In this document: positions 38,612-49,800 of the stretch, in pieces | Layout: the number at the start of each line of letters is the position of its first letter | Position numbering within the stretch: position 1 is the stretch's first letter | DNA from: a virus | Virus record (IMG/VR): IMGVR_UViG_3300028840_005764 | Coordinates: 1 to 64,000 of that record | Length of the DNA stretch: 64,000 nucleotides | Strand: one strand, 5' to 3' | Made by a program: the position numbers and the translations under genes | The notes under the pieces: model-generated | What the model was told of the DNA's origin: nothing | What the model saw: the letters and a program-made list of their open reading frames with translations, nothing else | Databases searched by the model: none

Positions 38612-41600
38612 ATGAGTAACCATCTTTGCACAGGGTATTTGAACCTTCGTATCAAGAACGCAGTCACTGGTGAAGAGAAAAACTCCAGGCACCCTAATGC
38701 ATTTGTGATGTCTGCCAATCTCCAGGAAGGCATGTTCAACGATATAGTTGGCGGTCGTGGCGGATATAGTGTTGGTGTCGGAGCTATGTGTATGTTTCTG
38801 CGTACTGATGGCGGGTATCGTTATGAAAAAGATACTCATACTGTTTTATATATAGACCATTACAACATGTCAGATTTGTGGGATCACTATTGGGCTGCTG
38901 GCTCTGCTGACTACATGAGAAGACGACAATATCCATCTGCAAATCGAACAGCCACATTAACTGAAGGTATCAATGCTGTCGCTTCATTCATTTCTGGTTG
39001 GGATAATTATAGGTATTTGACAGAAAACGTAGTTGGTTTCCCGACAAATTATTATGGTATACCGGCGATTTCGTTTATTGACTTACAGGGTACCGCAATT
39101 AGCCCATTGTTGTTTAAACATGAAAAAGGTTTCAACAATATTTTCAATCATGCAACAGCAGGTACTGACATTGCTCTCAGCCAGGGTGATGTTGAAATAG
39201 AAGGAGTGTATTCGCCTGATTATTTACAACATCGTTGGTATTGCATTTATTATGCTAATGAAGGCGGTACCGGAATCATCGATTCTGGTGTCGGGGAACG
39301 TGATGATGGTTCTGTTTCTACTGGCTCTGATACCTTTACCGCGAATAGTGGTACTGCGCCGTTTGCCGGTGATGCTTCTGATGTTGGAAGATACATTGTT
39401 ATTAAAAATGCCACCAATGCTATCAATAATGGTGTTTTCGAAATAACTGCTTTTATCAGTACTACCCAATGCACAGTTGACGCCACGACCATTAATCAAC
39501 CATTCGTGACCGAGGGTGGTGCTTCGCCTAGCGGTTTGGAATGGACATTGCGCGATGGTCCTGTTGGTGAGTATCTGATTAGAAGAAACACATATACCAG
39601 ACAAAATACACAAGGCACTACTGTACCCAGTTATGCATATGGTGGTGGGCGTTTGTATGGTATGCGTCATGAATATCATGGCACAGAAGAAGTTGGTATG
39701 TTTGGGTATGAAAGTGTGTTTGATCGAGGTGCGAGTTGGTGGTGGATTCACAGAAGAGATGATGAATCTACAACACGAGCTGGTGCCGGTATCAATCGCT
39801 GGCTGCACATGGCACCAAGGGGTTTTGATCCTGTTTATCAGGACGGTGATATACAAAATATGCCGACTGGCATTCGAGCTTGGCGTTCGATAAATATAGA
39901 TGATGAAAATAAGATATGGGCTGCATGGTCTAATTATGACTATCAACCAGATCCACCACATGCCGACAAAATACTTGCTCGGATTGATCCATATCCGAGT
40001 GGTAACGCCAGGTATCCTGCCGTCACAGATCTTCATGATCCGGGCAACTACGATTTATTTGAAGCGCAAACTGGGCCCACTGACGACGAAGGTTTGTGTT
40101 CAAATTATCCTATTGGTATTTGTTGTGATGAAATCAATGGTCGTGTGATTGTTGCACACAACCCTGGCAATCTCCATGTTGGTGAAACGTACGAGGATAT
40201 GGAAAAGGGCGGGTTCTCGTACACAGAGAATGCGGGTGCAGCTGAGTACGGGGATGCGTGGAAACGTTTGCATTTGTTGCATTCTGCTTCTGGCACTGTG
40301 ACTCCTTCAGGTACCACACTCAATGGTACCAGCACGTTCTTCCAGGATGAGTTTGCTGTTGGTGATTGGATTCGACCTGAGCCTAAGCCGGCGACAGGTC
40401 AGATCACATCTATGATTCCGGCTGACTACACGGACGGCGACTGGTTCACGTTAGATGACGGGCTGAATGACCCGGTCAAGTTCTTCTTCGATGTATCTGG
40501 CTCCTATAGTCCTGGTTCACCGCCTGCTGGTTGGCAGTACGTGACTATTACTATTACTGGTCTTGGTACTGACGTACTCATCGCCGATCAGATTCGAACT
40601 GATGTCAATGGTACAAGTAATTTGGATATAACGGCTGGGAATACAACTGCACAAGTAGATTTCACAGCCGATAATGATGGTGATCGTGCGAACAACACAA
40701 TCACGGAAATGATTCAAGCCCCCACCAAAACTCTTAATCCTAGTGGTTTGAGTGGCGGAATCATCAGGGCCTTTGAAATAACTGGCATTACAAACCAGAC
40801 AACAATGACTATCAGTCCAACATATCCAGAATCATATACAAATCTGACAATTGAGAAAGGTGCACTTACTGCCGCACAAGCGGTTGTCTATACAAGATAT
40901 CATACCCCATCAACAGATACCAGTGATTACACCATTAGGTGTTATGTTGATTATGATAAACAAGGCAATTTCTTTTGGGTTTCTGATGATGGTAATCAAA
41001 TCAATAAGTGGAGTTTTTCTAAGGGTTATGCCGAATCAAGAACTACAGCCGAATTCTCGAGGGTTGCTACTGATAAGATCAGAAATCTAGTTGTCACTAG
41101 ATTCAAGACTGACGGATTTTCCGATCACGCTTTTGAAGGTAATGTGTGGACCGGTTCATTTGGCCTTAACGCAGCTCTGAGAATTGATAACGATGGTACG
41201 AACGATTTTTTGAAGTGTCAAGTAACACAATATCACCATAGCGCGTCTGATAACTGGCCAACTGAAATCCAGATACGGGATTATGATCATGACTATGGTT
41301 TATATGTGCTTTGGAATCCAAATATAGGGGCACTGGGATTATGGGCTCCGTATTCAGCTGGTATCGAGCGTCATTATTGGGTAATCAATACAGTACATTC
41401 AGGTATTCCACTTGGGTATTGCCCACGTCTTGGTAGTCTATCTGAATTAAGTGATAGTGAATCTACTTGGAGTGTTATACACGACATGCGTTGGGACGAT
41501 GTTGGTATGAATAATCAATTGCTTGTTGGTCATGGCAAATCAACAGATTATGATGCAAATACAAGAGATGCTTTATACTCTTTTGGCAGAATGAGTTATT

Positions 41601-44600
41601 TATGGGATGGTCAAAGTTGGTATTTGACACATTTAGTTAGCCACAGATATTACGATCTTGATTTCGAGAATACAACTGGAGATGGCCCGTTTACTGAAGA
41701 AACATTGTCGGTAGGCAACGGATTGAAACGTATGCATGATGATTTTCAACTCATGCAGGACGGGTTGTACATTCGTTTTGTTGATTCTGGAGCCGCCTCT
41801 CAGACAGACGAATTCGTACAAGACGAGACAACTACATTTGCTGCCTACATTGGTGTAGGAAAAGATAACACTCAAGAAGTTGAATATTCTATAGAAAGAT
41901 ATTCTTCACCTACAGTTCATAGAGATCGTTCAGAACCCATGAAGGGTTTATCCAATATGTGGACTGTGGATGGTGGTATTGATGGTGGGTACATCCACGA
42001 TCTTACTGTACAGCGTACAGTACCATTCCATCGTGGTGTAGCTGAATATGACGGTTATGCGTCGTATGGCCAAGATGGTAGTGCAACTGGTACACAAGCA
42101 GATTATTATTATAATTTTTTCAATCAAGATGGCTACGACGAACACGACGATCCAGACGACGCACATTTTATGGCTGCACTTAGGATCAAAGATGAATCTG
42201 ATGGTGTTGATGAATTCCCCGGTGATGGTTTTGTTACCAATGGCAGTGATGTGTTCACCACTGAAACATATGCTGTTGGTTCAATTACAGCCCTCCCAAA
42301 CGATGGTACACCGTGGTCTACTGGTCTGAAGGATGGTGATACTTTTACACTTGATGATGGTGTGAATTCACCAACTACGTTTTGGTTTGATGCCTCTGGT
42401 AGTGGTTCTGGTAGTGGAGTGGAGATTGACATCAGTGCTGTATCTACTCCAGGCGATGTTGCTGATTTGATTCGTTCTGCTATCAATAGTGCTGCTAGTC
42501 TAGACATTACTGCAGACAGTAATTTAGGTGACCCGTACATCACACTCAAGAATGATGCTACTGGCAGTGCAGGCAACCAGGTTATCACTGAGAGCTTGGC
42601 GAATATAGCTTCACTTAGGCCGGTTGGCATGAGGATGCACACGTTCTCGGCAGCCGATGAGGGAAAATCAATTTTCATCGAGAATGCCACTACCGCAGGA
42701 AACAACGGTCAGGCTGTGATTTTGGAGTTTAATCCCAGCGGTTCTGATCCCAATGAAGTGAAGGTTGATCGTACATTTAATGCTGGTGATGAAAGTGGTG
42801 TTAATACGTTACGGTGGAAGTTGCGAGACATACCGGCTGTTGCGTATGTTGTATATACTGTGGAGTATACAGACCGAATGGATACTATGGTTGGTGGTAT
42901 AGATTGGAAATTATATTCAAGTAGGGACCACGGCAGTACATGGACGCAAGTCAAAAAATGGTTGAGCTACAACGGTGTATCAATAAATGATCCGCTTTCT
43001 ACTGTTCAAGATCACGGTGTGTATTGGAATGATTATGATTATGTTGGTACATATCATTACCGTACAGATGCTCTAAGGGGTTCGCCCAGCCTGTGGTTTG
43101 ATCTGAGAGACTTACCTGAAGCGTCTAGGAGAAGACAATACTGGAAAGTATACAGAAGTTATTATGGTGGTACTAATGGCCAGCATAGATTTTCTTCTGT
43201 TCGTTTGCTAGATGCTAATGGCGCTTATATTGGTGTACTTGACACACAACAATTATCAGATCGTAGTGATGAACATTATGTGTCTAATTTGACGGAACTT
43301 TATAAACTAAATGTTTTTGAAGGAGGCGGTACGATCGCCGCCACTGATGATAATGACGGTGATAATCTAACTTATATACTCACCACATCAACAACAGATT
43401 TATATGAAGATACTGGAAGTGGTAATGCAAAAATCACACGAATGGGAAATATACAAATTACATCAGATACTTTTGTGCCAACAGATGTTGGAAAACTAAT
43501 CAGAATATCTGATGCCAACGATTCTGATAACGACGGTTTTGCAAACATCACCACATACATCAACGCCAGAGAAGTAATCACCGATAAGGCGTTTACGTAC
43601 GAAGACGGTACGTTCGATTGGCAAATATTGTATATGGGTGAAGATGATCAGATTTGTTTCTATCAAGATCCATATTCGACTGACGACACGTTTTTCTTGT
43701 CTGATCGCTATATGCCACTGAGGAATTTCAACCCTCAGATATTAGATGTACCTGCAAATAACACCATTTATTTGAAAACCGATAACGTTCCACTACAAAT
43801 AGGCGGAACACCATTCAGTGGATTCAAATTCTTTGTGTATAGGGCGCTGGATACTCAATCATCTTCTAATCCAGGGCGCGCGGGTTCTACAGACATAAAT
43901 TTGGCTATGTGGGTGAGCCAGCGTGGTGGCGGAGTGTATGCATCCGATGTCCTTGAGTTCATTACACTTATTGCCACTACAGCCGGTGCGACATCGCCCG
44001 CTGATGACGATGGGGATAGCAGAACAGATATCGTTGATCTTCCGGTTGACGTGAATGCTTTTGATGTGGCAGTTGGTGATTATATTGTCATAGAAGGCAA
44101 TACAAGTAATTATGGCAGAAGAGTACATGAAATTCGTAACATTAATGTGGAAACACTCGGTGCTGCTGAGACCTGGACGCTTACGGCTTTGGTTAAGGGC
44201 AGCTACTCGAATGGCGACTACTTCGTCATGGATGACGGTATCAATCCGGTGGTGTCCTTCTACCTCGATGTAGATGGGTTGTATGATGCTCCTGCCGGTA
44301 CAGTGGAAATTGATATTTCCGGTACGTCCACAGCCATCGATGTGGCCAACGCCATCCGCACTGCCATTCTCGAGGCACCCATTAGGATCACGCCGGATGC
44401 GCCTGGTGCCGCACTCATTAACCTAACGGCCGATCAAGCGGGAACGCAAGCGGCTAACGATATTCAGGATTTCACCACAGGCGGGTTGTCACCAACTCGC
44501 GGAGCCACGGCCTCGGACGGCACTACGCAGTTACAGGTGTGGTACGACGAGATACTAGTCAGCAAGTCATTCAGTTTCTCTATTGTCAGGCGACGTCCAG

Positions 44601-44653
44601 ATTGGAAGCTATGGGTTGGGTCTATAGTTATCGTCGCGCAGGAGCAGATATAG
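38612..44653 (+). CDS. Very large multidomain tail/adhesin protein (2013 aa)
   Basis: Propeller-like segments, Asp-box SRDHGSTW, repeated beta-barrel modules and three DGDxFxLDDG modules. Confidence 0.75.
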   Translation: MSNHLCTGYLNLRIKNAVTGEEKNSRHPNAFVMSANLQEGMFNDIVGGRGGYSVGVGAMCMFLRTDGGYRYEKDTHTVLYIDHYNMSDLWDHYWAAGSADYMRRRQYPSANRTATLTEGINAVASFISGWDNYRYLTENVVGFPTNYYGIPAISFIDLQGTAISPLLFKHEKGFNNIFNHATAGTDIALSQGDVEIEGVYSPDYLQHRWYCIYYANEGGTGIIDSGVGERDDGSVSTGSDTFTANSGTAPFAGDASDVGRYIVIKNATNAINNGVFEITAFISTTQCTVDATTINQPFVTEGGASPSGLEWTLRDGPVGEYLIRRNTYTRQNTQGTTVPSYAYGGGRLYGMRHEYHGTEEVGMFGYESVFDRGASWWWIHRRDDESTTRAGAGINRWLHMAPRGFDPVYQDGDIQNMPTGIRAWRSINIDDENKIWAAWSNYDYQPDPPHADKILARIDPYPSGNARYPAVTDLHDPGNYDLFEAQTGPTDDEGLCSNYPIGICCDEINGRVIVAHNPGNLHVGETYEDMEKGGFSYTENAGAAEYGDAWKRLHLLHSASGTVTPSGTTLNGTSTFFQDEFAVGDWIRPEPKPATGQITSMIPADYTDGDWFTLDDGLNDPVKFFFDVSGSYSPGSPPAGWQYVTITITGLGTDVLIADQIRTDVNGTSNLDITAGNTTAQVDFTADNDGDRANNTITEMIQAPTKTLNPSGLSGGIIRAFEITGITNQTTMTISPTYPESYTNLTIEKGALTAAQAVVYTRYHTPSTDTSDYTIRCYVDYDKQGNFFWVSDDGNQINKWSFSKGYAESRTTAEFSRVATDKIRNLVVTRFKTDGFSDHAFEGNVWTGSFGLNAALRIDNDGTNDFLKCQVTQYHHSASDNWPTEIQIRDYDHDYGLYVLWNPNIGALGLWAPYSAGIERHYWVINTVHSGIPLGYCPRLGSLSELSDSESTWSVIHDMRWDDVGMNNQLLVGHGKSTDYDANTRDALYSFGRMSYLWDGQSWYLTHLVSHRYYDLDFENTTGDGPFTEETLSVGNGLKRMHDDFQLMQDGLYIRFVDSGAASQTDEFVQDETTTFAAYIGVGKDNTQEVEYSIERYSSPTVHRDRSEPMKGLSNMWTVDGGIDGGYIHDLTVQRTVPFHRGVAEYDGYASYGQDGSATGTQADYYYNFFNQDGYDEHDDPDDAHFMAALRIKDESDGVDEFPGDGFVTNGSDVFTTETYAVGSITALPNDGTPWSTGLKDGDTFTLDDGVNSPTTFWFDASGSGSGSGVEIDISAVSTPGDVADLIRSAINSAASLDITADSNLGDPYITLKNDATGSAGNQVITESLANIASLRPVGMRMHTFSAADEGKSIFIENATTAGNNGQAVILEFNPSGSDPNEVKVDRTFNAGDESGVNTLRWKLRDIPAVAYVVYTVEYTDRMDTMVGGIDWKLYSSRDHGSTWTQVKKWLSYNGVSINDPLSTVQDHGVYWNDYDYVGTYHYRTDALRGSPSLWFDLRDLPEASRRRQYWKVYRSYYGGTNGQHRFSSVRLLDANGAYIGVLDTQQLSDRSDEHYVSNLTELYKLNVFEGGGTIAATDDNDGDNLTYILTTSTTDLYEDTGSGNAKITRMGNIQITSDTFVPTDVGKLIRISDANDSDNDGFANITTYINAREVITDKAFTYEDGTFDWQILYMGEDDQICFYQDPYSTDDTFFLSDRYMPLRNFNPQILDVPANNTIYLKTDNVPLQIGGTPFSGFKFFVYRALDTQSSSNPGRAGSTDINLAMWVSQRGGGVYASDVLEFITLIATTAGATSPADDDGDSRTDIVDLPVDVNAFDVAVGDYIVIEGNTSNYGRRVHEIRNINVETLGAAETWTLTALVKGSYSNGDYFVMDDGINPVVSFYLDVDGLYDAPAGTVEIDISGTSTAIDVANAIRTAILEAPIRITPDAPGAALINLTADQAGTQAANDIQDFTTGGLSPTRGATASDGTTQLQVWYDEILVSKSFSFSIVRRRPDWKLWVGSIVIVAQEQI

Positions 44654-46530
44654 CACTTTCGAACCCAGCCGTCGCCGCCCTTGTCGGCGATGCAGAAAGA
44701 GTTCGCTTCATACACTTGCCCAATATGCCTGGGTCTATCAAGGCGTATGTGGTGTATGTTGCACTGTTGACTTCGCAAAAGAAACAGTTTGTTTTTAAGG
44801 AAATAGAGTCTCTCCTGACGGACCCGGCTAAAGAGCTCATCGCCCCAATGAATGATATTGCGCACAATGTAATACCAAATGATGAGGCTGTGGATATTCA
44901 GAATTTTTATATAATAGAAACCAATACAAACAATAATGTTCTCTTCTTGTGGGACGATGGTGCAGATATATGGAAGATGGTCTATGATTTCCAGAATCTT
45001 CAAACCACGGTTATTCCGCAGGTGGCGTTCGCCGGTACACACCCAGTTCTGGCTCGGGACTGGATGCTGCGTGCGTTTTATGTGGTGTCGCGTGATTTGA
45101 AGCTCAGAAATGAATTGACTGTTCCTGAGCTGGATATTGTTACGCATTCAGCATATCGTTTGCTGAGTTTTGATATAGACGATAAATCATCAGATAGTTT
45201 TGTTTATTACATAGGTAATTATGACAATAAAGCTAATATTCCATTGCCATTGTCGACGGACGCGTACACCAGAATTCTTTTAGATTGTACGCGCGAAACA
45301 CTGGGCCCAGGTGCTCACCAGACTGTTGACATTATTGGCGGTTTAGTTTTAACAAATACTACACCAAGTCTTGTTCATACAGGGCAACCCGGGCAGATTG
45401 GTGAATCATGGCTTTTTGAATATCAGTCGGGTTGGTTTTCAAATTGGAATATTCCATTAAGTGCGCCACTATCATTTACTGATTTTTCCGTAAGTGTTTG
45501 GATATATGGCGGTGCTGATCAGCCAGTCAATAGCACTATAATCTATGGTAGAGATGCTAGTTCAAATAGAGTTTTTGAAATACTTCTACCTTGGGGAAGT
45601 GGCACTGTTTATTGGCGATGTGGGAATAGCGACACAAGTTCTTATGACCAGTTAACATATACAGGTAGTGCTAGTTATTACAAAGGTAAATGGACACATT
45701 ATCTTTTCACCAAAAGCGTGTCTGGTGGAAGGATGAAAATATTTAGGGACAATGTTCAAGTTGCTAGTACAACAGGAAAGACACGTTTTCTTTCAGATGT
45801 GGACGCCCTTTGGGTGGTGCCAAGATATTCTGGTTATGTGGCTGAAGTCGTGTTCATGGACAAGGAAGTTGTGACATCTGAATTGGCAAACATATACAAT
45901 AGAGGACTGCAAGGAAACCGTATTGATAGTTCTATTGTCGGGGGTTTGGAGCATTATTGGACTTTTGATAATTATGATGCAAGAGTTATAGTTGATGATT
46001 CTGGTAACGCGTACAACGCTGTTATCAATGACGAATGGTCAATTTCTGATGAAGGTGCCATTCGTATCGGCGATTATCCAGCACAAATTAATCAATGGGA
46101 TGTTGGAGGGCCTGGCGCTCAAATCACAATAGAAGCTTGGGTTACTCCTAAGTTTATAAGCCAATTGGGTTACGTAGTGAATGGCGATATAAGATTTTAT
46201 TATGACCTGAGTGGTGAATTGCATTTTGAATTTGATGGTGCCAGTACCCATCATTTGCAACAGGTTGCATTGCACACTATGAGATGGAACGAACCAAATC
46301 ACATCGTGGTTTCACACACCTTTGGAAACTCTACAAACACTTTCATGGCTATCAACGGGAACCCGGTGCCATCACAATGGATGTCTGGCGACGGCAATGA
46401 AGATCCGTCTTTTGGCTTGATTAATACAACTATCGAAACTGGATTGTATGATATATTGAGTCAGTATAAGATATCCTTTATAGCAAAGACAGAAGCTGAG
46501 ATAAAAGATTATATAACAGGGAGAGTATAA
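44611..46530 (+). CDS. LamG/concanavalin-like domain tail protein
   Basis: FSVSVWI...WTHYLFT...KIFRDNVQV...GLEHYWTFD and a second ITIEAWV...HIVVS unit. Likely start ATG 44611. Confidence 0.75.
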   Translation: MGWVYSYRRAGADIALSNPAVAALVGDAERVRFIHLPNMPGSIKAYVVYVALLTSQKKQFVFKEIESLLTDPAKELIAPMNDIAHNVIPNDEAVDIQNFYIIETNTNNNVLFLWDDGADIWKMVYDFQNLQTTVIPQVAFAGTHPVLARDWMLRAFYVVSRDLKLRNELTVPELDIVTHSAYRLLSFDIDDKSSDSFVYYIGNYDNKANIPLPLSTDAYTRILLDCTRETLGPGAHQTVDIIGGLVLTNTTPSLVHTGQPGQIGESWLFEYQSGWFSNWNIPLSAPLSFTDFSVSVWIYGGADQPVNSTIIYGRDASSNRVFEILLPWGSGTVYWRCGNSDTSSYDQLTYTGSASYYKGKWTHYLFTKSVSGGRMKIFRDNVQVASTTGKTRFLSDVDALWVVPRYSGYVAEVVFMDKEVVTSELANIYNRGLQGNRIDSSIVGGLEHYWTFDNYDARVIVDDSGNAYNAVINDEWSISDEGAIRIGDYPAQINQWDVGGPGAQITIEAWVTPKFISQLGYVVNGDIRFYYDLSGELHFEFDGASTHHLQQVALHTMRWNEPNHIVVSHTFGNSTNTFMAINGNPVPSQWMSGDGNEDPSFGLINTTIETGLYDILSQYKISFIAKTEAEIKDYITGRV

Positions 46531-46796
46531 TGGAGTTTCCTATTCATATCGTGATTGAAAATCATACATCATCAAATATTACATTTAATCTCAGGCAAAT
46601 ATTTTATTTTGGCCATGTGAATTTAGAAAATTCAACACCTTTGATAGAAGCTGGTTCACAATACGAATTTGATGCAGGTCTTTGTGATGGGAGTGATTAT
46701 ATCGACGCTATGCGACGTTATTGTAGAAATAATGAAATCATATTCAATCCTAGTACTGGCATCTGGGTCACGGTGACGGATAACGAGCCGCTCTAA
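46530..46796 (+). CDS. Hypothetical protein
   Basis: TAATG overlap, SD GGGAG. Confidence 0.6.
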   Translation: MEFPIHIVIENHTSSNITFNLRQIFYFGHVNLENSTPLIEAGSQYEFDAGLCDGSDYIDAMRRYCRNNEIIFNPSTGIWVTVTDNEPL

Positions 46797-46822
46797 AGCC
46801 CAGAAAACAGAGGTGAGCGGCT

Positions 46823-49800
46823 ATGCCAGACATTTTTCTTGGGGAGTTAGATCTAGATCTCACCCCGCCTTATGTCCAGAATGAGGACCCAGCACCAGGT
46901 CAGACAAACGTCTCTATAGAAACCGCTATAAGTTTCAACATATTGGAACCAAATTTTGAGGCTGGCGTTGATCCTGACACCATCACTGTCACCGTCAATG
47001 GCACCAACGCCATCCTCGATGGGTTTTTCCAGACGGGGTACAACGGATCAATCTCCCCCATCACATTGGGTTTAGCTGTTGGATACCGCGTCATCATTGT
47101 GCCAGCTATCTACCTGTCAGACGACAGTACCTTCCTCATCACCGTAGACGCAGATGACCTTGCTGGTATTCCGAACACGATGCCAACGCACAGCTGGACG
47201 TTTTACACCGGTGAGCAGTTTGATACCAACGCCCACATTTTTCTTGCCAACTCTATGACTCAGACGGTGAACTCTGCATCTTCTGCATTTCAATCAAAGT
47301 TCAATCAGGTGCAGGCCGGGAGCCATGGCAACATTTCGTTGTCCGTGGAGAAGGATAACCCAGACCCGACGAAGAACTATCAGATCCGTACTATCGTTGC
47401 CGGTCGCCTTGATACAAAACTCAACGTGGTCCAAAACACTGAACTTGAGCTCGGTGTGGGCCAGATTACGTATGAGGACGAGAAGGTCTTCAAGGGCGAT
47501 TATCAACCGCCATTGGTTGTAGTGGATGATGGTGATGAAGTCTATGGCATTAATCGTACGTTCAATCGTATGGTGTACTCATCTATTAACAACCCAATTT
47601 TCAATCTTAGATTAGTAGATAGAGATGATGATACTTTCTTTGTTTTTTATAGAGATGGCATTGGGGTTAAGGCGTCAGCTGTAAATAAAGTTAATACATC
47701 TGGTTCAACTGGAATCACAGCGCTTTTGGTAAGCGGCGCGAGCGGCATGGATGCTGCTGTTAAATTATCTTTTACTTCGTTTATGGTTGCTAGCCTCAGT
47801 AGTTCCTCTGCTGGTGGTGTTAGAACATATACAATGGAAATAGTTAAATGTGATCAATATGTTGTTAATGAAGAGGTGATCAGCCCGTTTCAATTCACAG
47901 GCCCAGACGCATCAGACGCAGGGCACTTAGATCTCATAGCTGACGGTAGTGGGAATGTTTATGGAACTTTCTATTATACAGAAACTGGCAATGATATAGA
48001 TAGAAAGATTCGTTTTATAAGGTCATACGATAACGGGAATAATTGGGATTTTGTTTATTTTCCAGGCACGAATGAAATCTCCACATTACCAAACTTTTTT
48101 GATGAGATTGGATTTGATCCATACACTACAAATGGTGATGGTCTTGAATATCCAAGATTATCATACGATCCAATAAATGAAATTTTCATCATTACCGTGA
48201 TGTCTAAACGTACCGCCCCTGATGCCGGCGCAAGATGTGGAACAGCGTATTCAAAGGATTTTGTTACGTGGAATAGATTGAATTACCCTGTATTCAGAAA
48301 TTTTGTTCAATTATGGAGTACAGCTGAAGATTTGGATACAGATGAAAAGAGTGCAAAGTTAGTGAGATTCAATAATAAATATTTTTCTATATGTTCAGAT
48401 TCTGAAGGTATTTATTCTTGTATATTCGAAAGTGAAAATGAAACGCATGGTTCACGTCGTGGTTTGGTGTGGGCTGGGGACAATAGTTCTGCGACTGGTG
48501 GTTATCGTATAGATAAGCACGACTATGCTGTTTTTAATAATGTATTGTATTATGCGACTGAATTCTTAAGTACTGGATTCGCAAAAATTGGATTTGTAAT
48601 TCATGCATTGGGTGGGCATACCAATTTGCCTGATAAAACACAATACAGCGGTGGATGGTTCGGTACAGTTGGAGAACCAGATTCTGATATTGGATTTTCT
48701 AAAACTGTTGGTGGTACAAGTAGTGCTTCATCAGATCAATATGGATTAACTATTACTGTAAATACTGGTGCAGCAGATCAACTTTATTACGGTAGAACAG
48801 ATCTAGATACTAGCGTCATGAAAGACGATGGCGCAAAAGTCAAGTTTGTTATTAAACCAGTACAAGACGGAGGACGAACTTCTGACAGCGCGCAAAGAAT
48901 ACATTTGAAACTTCCAAATACGGGCAATACTGATAATTTTCATATTACAGTAAGAGTTAGTACAGATGGTATATATGTAGTTAATGAATCACCAGGTGGT
49001 GAATCTGCACAGTTCGCTATAACTATAAATGATTTCTATGAAATATTATTGGTTGCGAAACCATCGTCTACTACATGTGTGGTGAAATGTTTCTATAGAT
49101 CTGTATACGCTAATGCGCTTTGGACACCCGCGTCTATTGAAAGTACTACAGACACGTGGATAGAATTAACCGGTATACCGACGTTTACTTCTCCTGATAC
49201 AACTTCTAAAGGCGAATTTCATTTTGGTTTGATCGGCCCACAACCTTCTCAAACGTCTGAGGCCATTTGGAAATCAGTGTATTATTGTGATGGTGTTGAA
49301 CCAACAGATATAGAATTCACAACAACGGATTCTATTGATACGTATAATCCTTCGACAGATGAAGCTAGTTTAGATTTATTGCCAATAGGACGTGAAGGTA
49401 TACGGCAACGTACAGTCGGTAGTGTAGATACATGGCAACGTACAATCAGCGGTATTATACTGCGTTGGCACGGCTTGGATGCTTTCAAAAATGACAGTTG
49501 GACTTTTAATACTACAAGTGATTTTAATGAAGTAAATGTAACTAGTAAAATACCAAAGCTTGTTTATCGCACAGAAAATACAAGTTCTGATCAATCAGTA
49601 TTATTCTTTTCTGAAGATGACGATATGGGCGCATATATTATGGATACATTCATAATGTTAAATACAAATTTCCGTTATTGTAAAATACAGGCAAATAATG
49701 ATGGTACTACTTGGTCGCCAGCGCCATTGGAGCTTGATGTAGATTTTGGTTTAGAAGATGGCACAATATATGAAACGACATTAAGAATAAATGAAGATAT

